Origin: an uncultured bacterium
GTDB taxonomy: Bacteria; NPL-UPA2
NCBI GenBank assembly: GCA_964625285.1
Contig: CAZVBB010000001.1
Span: 1-26,585, forward strand
Length of the DNA stretch: 26,585 bases
Reading direction: 5' to 3'
Shown here: positions 8,619-17,004 of the stretch, piece after piece
Layout of the letters: every line of letters begins with the position of its first letter
Position numbering within the stretch: the first letter of the stretch is position 1
Notes under the pieces: model-generated
Database searches by the model: none
Seen by the model: only the letters and a program-made list of their open reading frames with translations
Told to the model about the DNA's origin: nothing
Position numbers and translations under genes: made by a program

Positions 8619-8978
8619 TCAGGATAACTCATTTTCTTCTAATCCAAAATGATGTCCAATTTCGTGCTCAAGAACATCCTGGATGTTTTGCCTTAGCTCT
8701 CTCTCAGTCCTAGAAATTGCCTCAATTGATTTCTGGTAGATGATTATAGTATCAGGAAGAACATTCCCATATTCTCTTCCTCTATTTTTAAGTGGAATGC
8801 CCTTGTATAGCCCTAAAAGAAGATGCGAATGAGCTGTCTTTCGTTCATTTAGAACTTCTGTTGATGGCACATCTTCTACTATTATTTCAGAATTTTCTAT
8901 TCTACTCACAAATTCCAGTGGCAATTTATCTATTGCCTCTTCCACCAATTTTTTAAAATCTTCTCTTTTTAAATTCAA
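8619..8978 (-). CDS. Zincin-like metallopeptidase family protein (TTG start)
   Basis: LLGLY.GIPL, LPD.I.IYQ and VLEHEIGHHFG (HEXXH) motifs. Confidence 0.85.
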   Translation of the reverse strand: MNLKREDFKKLVEEAIDKLPLEFVSRIENSEIIVEDVPSTEVLNERKTAHSHLLLGLYKGIPLKNRGREYGNVLPDTIIIYQKSIEAISRTERELRQNIQDVLEHEIGHHFGLEENELS

Positions 8979-9037
8979 GCTTTCTAACTTATTGTAATTA
9001 CTTAAATTAAATACAACTTGTTAATAAATCACTTTAA

Positions 9038-9448
9038 CTACTTTTGGCAGTCAAGATAGTCTTGCAGTATCTCCTGCGCTGCTACTTTATGAATAATCTG
9101 CTTGCGCTTTGTCCGTGAAAGATTAGCTTCCAACAAGTGTCTTTCAGCGGCAGAAGTCGTTAGTCGTTCATCCCATGTCTCCACCGGTAATTCCACCTTA
9201 TGGCAAAATTTAGCAATAAATTCAATCACTTTTTTTGCTTGTTTTCCTTCCTTCCCGCTCATCTCAAGCGGAAGTCCAACTATCACTTTCTTAACTTGAT
9301 ATTCTCTTGCAATCTCTCCCACCCTATTAAAATCCTTTGCCAAAGAAGACCGCTTAATTACTTCAATAGCTTGAGCAATTAAGTGAAGCTCATCACTCAC
9401 AGCAATTCCAATAGTTTTATCCCCGACATCTAAGCCTAATATACGCAT
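9038..9448 (-). CDS. ruvX: Holliday junction resolvase-like RuvX/YqgF
   Basis: ILGLDVGDKTIGIAVSD, VGLP and WDERLTT motifs; downstream of alaS. Confidence 0.93.
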   Translation of the reverse strand: MRILGLDVGDKTIGIAVSDELHLIAQAIEVIKRSSLAKDFNRVGEIAREYQVKKVIVGLPLEMSGKEGKQAKKVIEFIAKFCHKVELPVETWDERLTTSAAERHLLEANLSRTKRKQIIHKVAAQEILQDYLDCQK

Positions 9449-9459
9449 TTTAGTTAATA

Positions 9460-9800
9460 CAATTTTTAAATTTTAAATCCGAAATCCTAAACAAATCCAA
9501 AACCTTAAACTCTAAACAAATCCCAAATTACAAATCCCAAATTACAAACAAGCACCAATGACCAAAAGACTGCTTCGCAGTCATCCTAAGCCCTTCGCTT
9601 CCTGTCATTCTGAGCGAAGCGAAGAATCTCATGGCGCTCAGGGCAGGCTCCGCGAAGGATCTCATAAGATTGCCACACCCTCACTTTGTTCGGGTTCGCA
9701 ATGACAGCTCTGTTGTCATTTTTACTTTGTAATTTTGCATTTTGCATTTTGCATTTTGCATTTTGATTTTTGATTTTCATTTACCCTCTGCCCTTTGCCT
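9460..9800. repeat. Compound repeat: heptamer arms around nested GTCATT...AATGAC palindromes
   Basis: AAATCCC/AAATTAC units, GTCATTCTGAGCGAAGCGAAGAATCTC, AGATTGCCAC...CGCAATGAC, and (ATTTTGC)4 at 9732-9759. Confidence 0.85.
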
Positions 9801-12499
9801 ATCCCTCTTTGCATAGAGGCAACTATTTGCGGCACTTTTAATAGGGCATCGCTAAGTAGGGCAGCATTTTTTCCTCCAGCCTGCGCATACTCAGGGCGCC
9901 CCCCACCACTGCCACCGATAATACTGGCAACTTCTTTAATAATATTACCAGCATGGAATCCTTCCTTAATCAAATTGTCAGTCACCCTTGTTACAAGGAA
10001 AGCCTTCTCTCCAACATTAGACCCCAATACAATGACACCCTTATCAACTTTTTCTCCTAATGTATCTACCATTGAACGGAGCTCTTCAGGAGTAGCTTCT
10101 TTAATTTGCGAAGAGATTATTTTTATGTCATTGATAACCCTCGCCTCTTCTATCAACTTCTCGACTTCTTTTCTCATCTCCTTTTTTCTTGAGAGATTAA
10201 TTTCCTTCTCAAATGCTCTTATCTGCTTCAAGAGACTTTCTACTTTATCCCGAACTTCCATTGATGAACTTTTTAGTATTTGCCCCACTTCTTTCAATAA
10301 TTGCGACTCATCTCTTAACATTTGCCATGCTACTTTTCCGCTTACTGCTTCAATCCTCCTTGTCCCGGCAGCAATGGAGCTTTCGCCAACAATGTGGAAA
10401 ATTCCAATTTCACCTGTTGCTTTAACATGAGTCCCCCCGCATAACTCATAGCTGTAGTCTCCAATCTTCACCACTCGCACACTCTCCTCATATTTTTCTT
10501 CAAAAAGAGCAATTGCTCCCTCTGCTTTTGCATTCTTAAAAGTAGTATAATTAATAGCTATTTTTTTATTCTCTCTTATTTTCTCATTAACCACTTCTTC
10601 AATACAATTAAGCTGTCGTTCATCAATTTTCTTGAAGTGCTTAAAGTCAAATCGTAATCTTTCGGGCGAAACAAAAGAGCCTAACTGAGTAATGTGTTCA
10701 CCCAGTGTCCGCCGCAGGACATTTTGTAGGAGATGAGTAGCTGTATGGTTACAAGCCGCTGCCTGACGCTTTTCGGAATCAACCAGAGCGCTAAATTGCT
10801 CCTGAAGGCCGATTTTTCCCTGAACAACTACTCCTTGATGAATAATAATATCGCCTTCTTCACCATTTACTTTTCTGGTATTCATAACCTCTATTTTTGT
10901 CTCATTTTTACAAAGGATGCCCGTGTCTCCCACCTGCCCGCCACTCTCAGGATAAAATGGAGTTTTGTCCAGAATAATTTCTACTTTATCTCCCTTTGAG
11001 GCAGATGGTGTTAACCTTCCTTCCCTGATGATTGCAAGCACTTTAACATTACATTCTAATGTTTTATAGCCAACAAATTCAGTACTTTTAATAAGCTCTT
11101 CTTCCCCAAGTATCTCGAAAGTAGAGGTAACCTTAGCGGAATCTGATACAAGAGCAGTTTCACTGCCGTAAAAATGAGCAACCTTAGATTCTCTATCAAG
11201 GCGAGCCTGCTCCTGCTGCTTTCGCACTTGCTCGTTGAATTTATCACGATTTATCGTAAAGCCATTTTCTCTAGCTATCTCGGAAGTTAAATCTATTGGG
11301 AAACCATAAGTATCATGCATCTTAAATGCTATTTCCGCTGGGATTTCATTTTTTTTGCTTCTTTTTGATTCCTCAATCACTTTGATAAGAATTTCCATTC
11401 CTTGCTCAAGCGTGCGTAGGAACCTCTCTTCTTCACTGAAAACGACCTGGGTAATGTACTCTCTGCGAGAAGTGAGCTCCGGATACACGTTTTTCATCAA
11501 ATTAGCAACTGTAACAACGGAGGTATAAAGAAAAGGTTCGTCAAGAGAAAGCATCTTTTTACCGAGCAATAAATGAGCCTGACGCACTGCCCTGCGAATC
11601 AGTCGGCGCAATACATAGCCTCTCCCCTCATTTGCCGGTGAAACTCCATCACTAATCAAAAACGTTGCTGCTCGCAAGTGGTCTGCCATTATCCATAGAG
11701 CAGATTCCTCTGCTTTACTACTTACCTTTAGGGTCTCAGCAATAGAGCTAAGAACGGGACTGATAAGACTGCACTCAAAAATCACTTCACTTCTTTCCAC
11801 TAAAAAGAGTGCTCTTTCCAGTCCCATGCCAGTATCAATGTTCTTCTGGGGCAGAGGGGTTAGATTTCCATTAGAGGTGCGGTTAAACTGAGTAAAAACG
11901 AGATTCCAGAGTTCAAGAAAGCGATCGCAGCCGCAGCTGGGACTGCAACTTTTTTGCCCGCATCCTTTCTCTTTCCCGCGGTCAAAAATAATTTCTGAGC
12001 ATGGCCCGCAAGGACCTGTGGGTCCCATGTTCCAAAAGTTGCTTTCTTCTCCGAGACGGACAATCTTTGTCTCAGGAATACCAATCTTTTTCCAGATGTG
12101 ATATGCCTCATTATCATCTCTAAAAATACTGACCCAGAGTTTCCTCTCGGGCAACTTCAGAACTGAGGTAACAAATTCCCATGCCCAGGTAATAGCGTCA
12201 TTCTTAAAATAATCGCCAAATGAGAAGTTACCGAGCATCTCAAGAAAAGTAAGATGACGCGCTGTATAGCCAACATTTTCAATGTCAGTGGTGCGAAAAC
12301 ACTTCTGGCAGCTCACCACACGAGAAATATCGCTCTTCTTACTGCCTAAGAAGAAATGTTTAAACTGATTCATCCCTGCCCCCGTAAAAAGCAGAGAAGG
12401 GTCATCTTCAGGAATAAGCGATGAACTTGCTACTATCCGATGTCCACGCTCAGCAAAAAAATCAAGAAAACTTTTCCGTAACTCATCAGCATTCATCAA
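9722..12499 (-). CDS. alaS: Alanyl-tRNA synthetase
   Basis: LLFTGAGMNQFK, TFLEMLGNFSFGDYFK, DTGMGLER, HTATHLL, CGGTH and GGSGGGRP.AQAGG motifs; repeat-derived C-terminal tail. Confidence 0.98.
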   Translation of the reverse strand: MMNADELRKSFLDFFAERGHRIVASSSLIPEDDPSLLFTGAGMNQFKHFFLGSKKSDISRVVSCQKCFRTTDIENVGYTARHLTFLEMLGNFSFGDYFKNDAITWAWEFVTSVLKLPERKLWVSIFRDDNEAYHIWKKIGIPETKIVRLGEESNFWNMGPTGPCGPCSEIIFDRGKEKGCGQKSCSPSCGCDRFLELWNLVFTQFNRTSNGNLTPLPQKNIDTGMGLERALFLVERSEVIFECSLISPVLSSIAETLKVSSKAEESALWIMADHLRAATFLISDGVSPANEGRGYVLRRLIRRAVRQAHLLLGKKMLSLDEPFLYTSVVTVANLMKNVYPELTSRREYITQVVFSEEERFLRTLEQGMEILIKVIEESKRSKKNEIPAEIAFKMHDTYGFPIDLTSEIARENGFTINRDKFNEQVRKQQEQARLDRESKVAHFYGSETALVSDSAKVTSTFEILGEEELIKSTEFVGYKTLECNVKVLAIIREGRLTPSASKGDKVEIILDKTPFYPESGGQVGDTGILCKNETKIEVMNTRKVNGEEGDIIIHQGVVVQGKIGLQEQFSALVDSEKRQAAACNHTATHLLQNVLRRTLGEHITQLGSFVSPERLRFDFKHFKKIDERQLNCIEEVVNEKIRENKKIAINYTTFKNAKAEGAIALFEEKYEESVRVVKIGDYSYELCGGTHVKATGEIGIFHIVGESSIAAGTRRIEAVSGKVAWQMLRDESQLLKEVGQILKSSSMEVRDKVESLLKQIRAFEKEINLSRKKEMRKEVEKLIEEARVINDIKIISSQIKEATPEELRSMVDTLGEKVDKGVIVLGSNVGEKAFLVTRVTDNLIKEGFHAGNIIKEVASIIGGSGGGRPEYAQAGGKNAALLSDALLKVPQIVASMQRGIGKGQRVNENQKSKCKMQNAKCKITK

Positions 12500-12540
12500 A
12501 ATATCCCCTCGCTAATTTCGAAATTCAAGTACCTTTAAAT

Positions 12541-12606
12541 GAGATTTCTGAAAAAGTCAGAAATCTCTGAAATCAGAGGTCTCTGAGTATTTTTTCGGAA
12601 ACCTCT
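12541..12606. repeat. Double-hairpin repeat family, copy 3, in the probable alaS leader
   Basis: GAGATTTCTGAAAAAGTCAGAAATCTC-TGAAATC-AGAGGTCTCTGAGTATTTTTTCGGAAACCTCT. Confidence 0.85.
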
Positions 12607-12617
12607 TAGATAGGAGT

Positions 12618-12646
12618 ATAATAAGACAGATTTGCTTATTTGGCAA
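12618..12646 (-). promoter_or_regulatory. Putative sigma70 promoter for alaS-ruvX
   Basis: Minus strand TTGCCA (12646-12641), 17-bp spacer, TATTAT (12623-12618). Confidence 0.5.
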
Positions 12647-12680
12647 AGGATTTTTGCTCTATTGGGGAAAAATATACTCG

Positions 12681-12763
12681 CCCCGTTAATTCACAGCAGA
12701 GGAGAAAGGCATCATTTTGTAACTGAAGTTCGTCGTAATTTTCAGGAGTATGAATTAACGGGG
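12681..12763. mobile_element. 83-bp MITE, CCCCGTTA-ended family, 4-bp TSD
   Basis: Perfect 13-bp TIR CCCCGTTAATTCA / TGAATTAACGGGG; CTCG on both sides (12677-12680, 12764-12767). Confidence 0.85.
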
Positions 12764-12960
12764 CTCGCAGAATATGAGGTTAAATGCTTTGGAAATTATG
12801 ATTGGCGGTGAGTATATCATCGCCCAGAGGACGATGAGCCCCTGGCTCATTTGGTGTAAATATGTCAAATGTGGAGACTTGTTCCTTTTCTTTTTTTGGT
12901 TTCCTCACACTTGCCCCTGATGAGCTCAGGGGCTTGCTTCGAGAGATAGCAGAAGGCCGG

Positions 12961-13401
12961 TTATGTCATGTAATTTCCGGTGATATACTTTTCAAGTTCT
13001 CGAATGGTGAATTGCTGATCCGAGATGAGATGCTTGACCACATCGCCAATGCTCACGATTCCGATCAACTGGTCATTCTCCATGACCGGCAAATGGCGGA
13101 TGCGCTTGGCTGTCATCAGCGCCATGCAATTTTCCATCGTATCTCCCGGGTTTATGTAGAGCACCTTCTGGGTCATCAATTCGCCAACAGATGTCTCTTT
13201 AGAAGACTTTCCTTTCAGGATTACCTTCCGGGCATAATCGCGTTCCGAAAAGATGCCGACAACCTTCCCTTTGTCGATAACTAGCAAAGCTCCAACATTC
13301 TTGTTAGCCATTATTTGCAATGCCTCGTACACGGATGCCTTTGACGCTATTGAGCAGATATCACTGCCTTTAGCTCGTAGGACTTGTCTCACGGTAATCA
13401 T
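12961..13401 (-). CDS. CBS-domain pair protein
   Basis: NVGALLV...GK.VGIFSERDYARK, V.ELMT, M.AKRIRHLPV and GIVSIGDVVK motifs. Confidence 0.93.
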   Translation of the reverse strand: MITVRQVLRAKGSDICSIASKASVYEALQIMANKNVGALLVIDKGKVVGIFSERDYARKVILKGKSSKETSVGELMTQKVLYINPGDTMENCMALMTAKRIRHLPVMENDQLIGIVSIGDVVKHLISDQQFTIRELEKYITGNYMT

Positions 13402-13449
13402 ATGCTGGCCCTCCTTTATTTGGTAGTTGTCTAAGCACTGGTCATGCCA

Positions 13450-13484
13450 TTAGCACTCTCGCCTGGCCAGTGCAACACATTATA
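13450..13484 (-). promoter_or_regulatory. CIRCE-like (HrcA) operator just downstream of a TATAAT -10 box
   Basis: TTAGCACTC-N9-CAGTGCAAC at 13450-13476 (one arm 9/9, other 6/9 versus TTAGCACTC-N9-GAGTGCTAA). Minus-strand TATAAT at 13484-13479. Confidence 0.6.
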
Positions 13485-13488
13485 ATTT

Positions 13489-13631
13489 TAGTAAATATTC
13501 AGTGAAAGCCTCCAATTTTAGGCACATAGGCACTAAGGCACTAAGGCACAGAGTTTAATAGCAGAGCATTTTTCTTTGTGCCTTTGCCACTTTGTGCCTT
13601 TCAGTCAACGGAGTTGACTGAGTATTTACTA
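13489..13631. mobile_element. TIR-bounded element with internal GGCAC(T)A / TTTGTGCC octamer arms
   Basis: TAGTAAATATTCAGT / ACTGAGTATTTACTA (14/15), plus a subterminal hairpin TCAGTCAAC-GGA-GTTGACTGA. Confidence 0.7.
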
Positions 13632-13681
13632 TTTTTACCACCTTAACCCACCGCTGTCAAGCAAACAGGCGACCCATGTAA

Positions 13682-13742
13682 AGACTCGTTAGAAATGTCT
13701 ACTTTTAAATTTCCTTAACAGGTCCCTAATTTCTAAGAGTCT
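13682..13742. mobile_element. Degenerate relative of the CCCCGTTA(GAAA) MITE family
   Basis: AGACTCGTTAGAAAT ... ATTTCTAAGAGTCT inverted ends with one indel. Confidence 0.55.
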
Positions 13743-13818
13743 AGCCATAAAAATAAATCCTTTCTCTTTAATTCTTCAGCAGAATGAGGTAAGTATTCAG
13801 TAAACCCAGTCATTATTT

Positions 13819-13869
13819 GTAGTGGCAAAGCTTGCTTTGCCTTTAATGCCGAGCAAGCTCGGCTACTAC
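13819..13869. repeat. Inverted doublet of GTAG-type REP sequences (REPIN-like)
   Basis: GTAG-TGGCAAAGC-TT-GCTTTGCC, 6-nt spacer, GCCGAGC-AA-GCTCGGC-TA-CTAC. Confidence 0.75.
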
Positions 13870-13953
13870 ATCAATAACAATAAAGACTTCACTCAAGTAT
13901 TTATCAGCCAACGGTGTTCTACTAGAGTATTTACAGAATTAAAAAGGATTATA

Positions 13954-14463
13954 TCAAACTGAATTGAATATGTCAAATGTGGAGACCTGACCCTCTATAT
14001 CTGCTATCACCTGAGATATAACTTCTGTGGAGAATCCTCTTCTTCTTAGATAGGAGTAAAGACGGCGATTACGGGTTATAGGGTCAAGATTTCTATAGCT
14101 CTTTAGTTTGTTATGTGCCAGGGCAAGAGCGAGACTTTCTTCGCTTCTTTCTGCAAAAATACTCTCGCATACTTCAGTAATAATCTCAGGTGCAATTCCT
14201 TTCTGCCATAACTCTTGAGAAAGAAGTTCTCTTCCTATAGGTTTGTGGGAAGTGCGTGCTTGTGCCCATGAGCGAGCAAATGCTCTGTCATTGATAAGGT
14301 TGAGCTCGCTTAAGTGCTGCAACACCACCTTGATAGTTGCATCTTTGTATCCTTTTACTCTTAGTCTATCAGATAGTTCTTTGAAGCTTCGCTGGCGATA
14401 AGTAAGGAAGTTAAGCGCACACTCTTTTGCTTTTTTTTCTTCCTCAGAGGTAATCGCTGTCAA
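13954..14463 (-). CDS. recX: Regulatory protein RecX (TTG start)
   Basis: ALNFL.YR.RS..EL..RL..KG, LINDRAFA, ELWQKGI and L.RRGF motifs; context downstream of recA. Confidence 0.9.
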   Translation of the reverse strand: MTAITSEEEKKAKECALNFLTYRQRSFKELSDRLRVKGYKDATIKVVLQHLSELNLINDRAFARSWAQARTSHKPIGRELLSQELWQKGIAPEIITEVCESIFAERSEESLALALAHNKLKSYRNLDPITRNRRLYSYLRRRGFSTEVISQVIADIEGQVSTFDIFNSV

Positions 14464-14465
14464 TT

Positions 14466-15887
14466 CTATTTCGCCTCAATAGCAAAAAATAAATTGCGTC
14501 CTTCCCTGCGGACCTGCAAGAGAACCCCATTTCCACTTTCAATTCTTTCTACCACTTGCCTATAGTCTTCTAAATTTCCAATTGAGATGTGATTTATTTC
14601 TTTGATAATATCTCCTATTCTTACTATACCTGCCGCTGGACCATCTGGTTTAACACCTACAACTATAACCCCTTCTTCCCTATCAGCCTCCCTTACCTTA
14701 AAGCCGAGCTTTTCTTCAATTATTCTTTCTCCTCTTATCATCGCCAGTTCCTCTGTAGCCGGCATCTCGTCTAATTTAACGATGATTTCTTTTTCATTGC
14801 CATCTCTGATAATTTTTACTGTTGCTCTTTTCCCCGCTCCGGCTCTGGCAACCTCGCGCTGTAAATCATGAATGGTAAGAACCTCTTTTCCTTCAAATTC
14901 TTTGATTACATCTCGCGCTTTAAGTCCTGCTCTTGCCGCTGGCCCTCCAGGAATAACTTCATTAATCAATACTCCTCTATCATCAGGCTGAATGATTACT
15001 CCAAGCCAGCCTCTTTTGACTATTCCTTCTTTGCGAAGTTGATTATAAATATCTTTTACCATGTTAATGGGAATGGCAAAGCCAAATACCATTGGCATGC
15101 CTGCACCACGGGTTATAATAAATGTATTCACCCCAATTACTTCGCCACGGCTGTTTAAGAGCGGGCCCCCGCTACTTCCTGGGTGAATAGGGGCATCAGT
15201 CTGAATAAAGTCTTCAAAATGCACCATTCCAAATCCAGTGCGTCCCTTTCCGCTGATAATCCCTGCCGTTACTGTATGCTCAAGACCAAAAGGATTACCC
15301 ACGGCAATTGCCCATTCTCCCACCCTTATCTTCTCAGAATCGCCGAGACGCACTGTTGGCAGGTCTTCCGGAACATCAATTTTAATCATTGCCAGATCAG
15401 TAAGGGGGTCAGTACCTACGACCGTAGCCGGGATTCCTTTCTCGTGCCTGTATAGCCTTACCATTATCTCATCAACATCTCTAATCACATGATAGTTAGT
15501 AATAATGTAGCCATCTTTGTTTATAATAAAACCTGAACCTAATTCAGCAATCTGATGCTGAGGTGCTCTCGGCTCTCTTTCCCAATGCCGTCTGAATGGC
15601 CTGAAGAACTCGGGAAACATCTCCTCAAAGGGCCTAAAGAAGCGTTCCATCTCTCTATGTGGGTCAGCAACTCTCTGCGTGGTAATAATCTGGACAACAG
15701 ACGGCTTTACTTCTTCGGCAACCCTCACAAAGAGACTTTCTGTCTCTTCTAATTGTCGAGGTGCTGCCCAGATAAGTTCTGCTGGCTTTTCTATCCTTGC
15801 TGAAAAGGAATCAAAGCCAATGCCAGCAACTATTCCCAAAAGAAGCACAGGTACTAACCAAATTGCCGATACTCCTCTCTCTTTCAT
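14466..15887 (-). CDS. degP: Do/DegP/HtrA-family periplasmic serine protease with two PDZ domains
   Basis: GSGFII, TNYHV (His), D.LTDLA (Asp), GNPFGL and PGSSGGPL (Ser) motifs, plus two PDZ-like repeats. Confidence 0.92.
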   Translation of the reverse strand: MKERGVSAIWLVPVLLLGIVAGIGFDSFSARIEKPAELIWAAPRQLEETESLFVRVAEEVKPSVVQIITTQRVADPHREMERFFRPFEEMFPEFFRPFRRHWEREPRAPQHQIAELGSGFIINKDGYIITNYHVIRDVDEIMVRLYRHEKGIPATVVGTDPLTDLAMIKIDVPEDLPTVRLGDSEKIRVGEWAIAVGNPFGLEHTVTAGIISGKGRTGFGMVHFEDFIQTDAPIHPGSSGGPLLNSRGEVIGVNTFIITRGAGMPMVFGFAIPINMVKDIYNQLRKEGIVKRGWLGVIIQPDDRGVLINEVIPGGPAARAGLKARDVIKEFEGKEVLTIHDLQREVARAGAGKRATVKIIRDGNEKEIIVKLDEMPATEELAMIRGERIIEEKLGFKVREADREEGVIVVGVKPDGPAAGIVRIGDIIKEINHISIGNLEDYRQVVERIESGNGVLLQVRREGRNLFFAIEAK

Positions 15888-15889
15888 TT

Positions 15890-16912
15890 TTAACCTCCCG
15901 ATTCTGCTACTGATAGTCCAGCAGCTTTTTTTGTCTTGTTAGTAATTTCTGTGATGAGTTCTGGATGCTCTTTCAAGTAAATTATTGCTTTTTCCTGTCC
16001 ATGCCCGATTTTTTCCTTGTTGTAGGTGAGCCAGGAACCTGATTTTTCAACAATGCCATACTCTATGGCAGCATCAAGAATGCTCCCCTCCTTTGAGATT
16101 CCCTCACCATAAATGATATTAAATCTTGCCTCATGGAATGGAGCAGCAAGTTTATTCTTGGCAACCTTTACTCGCACTTGATTACCAATCTCCTTCGTTC
16201 CATCCTTAATTGGCTCCTTTCTGCGAATATCAAGTCGTATTGAAGCATAGAATTTGAGTGCTCTTCCGCCTGGAGTAACCTCTGGATTGCCAAACATTAC
16301 TCCAATCTTTTCTCTTATCTGATTGACGAATATGACCGATGTTTTTGATTTGCTGATAGCAGCGGTGAGCTTGCGCAGCACCTGAGACATCAAACGTGCC
16401 TGGAGACCCATATGGCTATCTCCCATCTCTCCTTCAATCTCAGAGCGTGGGACAAGAGCAGCTACTGAATCAATAACTATTACATCAACGGCATTTGACC
16501 GCACGAGTGTTTCCACTATTTCCATCGCCTGCTCCCCCCAGTCCGGCTGGGAGACAATAAGAGCATCTATATTTACCCCTAACTTTCGGGAATAATCCGC
16601 GTCGAGAGCATGCTCAACATCAATAAAAGCTGCTGTCCCACCCTGCGCCTGCGCCTCTGCCACGATATGAAGCGCCAATGTCGTCTTCCCCGAGGATTCA
16701 GGACCAAATATTTCTATCACTCTTCCTCTGGGAACGCCGCCAATTCCGAGTGCAATGTCAAGACTAAGCGCCCCGGTAGATATTCCTTCCACCTCTGCCG
16801 CTGCCTTACTTTGCCCCAGTCTCATAATTGAACCTTTACCAAACTGCTTCTCAATCTGAGAAAACGCCAGGTTAAGTGCACTTTCTTTATCAGCTCTTAT
16901 CTCTTCTACCAT
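15890..16912 (-). CDS. recA: Recombinase A
   Basis: [26 protein letters not shown] and [10 protein letters not shown] motifs. Confidence 0.99.
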   Translation of the reverse strand: MVEEIRADKESALNLAFSQIEKQFGKGSIMRLGQSKAAAEVEGISTGALSLDIALGIGGVPRGRVIEIFGPESSGKTTLALHIVAEAQAQGGTAAFIDVEHALDADYSRKLGVNIDALIVSQPDWGEQAMEIVETLVRSNAVDVIVIDSVAALVPRSEIEGEMGDSHMGLQARLMSQVLRKLTAAISKSKTSVIFVNQIREKIGVMFGNPEVTPGGRALKFYASIRLDIRRKEPIKDGTKEIGNQVRVKVAKNKLAAPFHEARFNIIYGEGISKEGSILDAAIEYGIVEKSGSWLTYNKEKIGHGQEKAIIYLKEHPELITEITNKTKKAAGLSVAESGG

Positions 16913-16939
16913 CTTAATTCTCCTATCTTTTATTAGCTA

Positions 16940-17000
16940 CAGGCTGTCACAAAACACGTTCCAGCCTTGTGATCAAGGGCGGCACTTTTGTGACGCCCTA
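16940..17000. mobile_element. 61-bp MITE, copy 2, 11-bp TSD
   Basis: Same sequence as 7061-7120 except for a few substitutions and a 1-nt indel. TTTATTAGCTA at 16929-16939 and 17001-17011. Confidence 0.85.
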
Positions 17001-17004
17001 TTTA

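Noticed and set aside
9586-9780. 64-aa minus-strand ORF (MKIKNQNAKCKMQNAK...)
   Set aside because: Entirely repeat-derived and overlaps the alaS tail in another frame.
9795-10430. 211-aa plus-strand ORF
   Set aside because: Antisense shadow of alaS with no recognisable motif. The same applies to the other plus-strand ORFs lying inside minus-strand genes (e.g. 3679-3978, 14602-14871, 19600-20043, 22963-23310).
12500-12620. T-box riboswitch upstream of alaS
   Set aside because: No T-box consensus (AAGGTGGTACC-like) is present; the hairpins belong to a dispersed repeat family also found next to unrelated genes.
12862-13284. 140-aa plus-strand ORF
   Set aside because: Antisense to the well-supported CBS gene and starts inside the repeated 20-mer.
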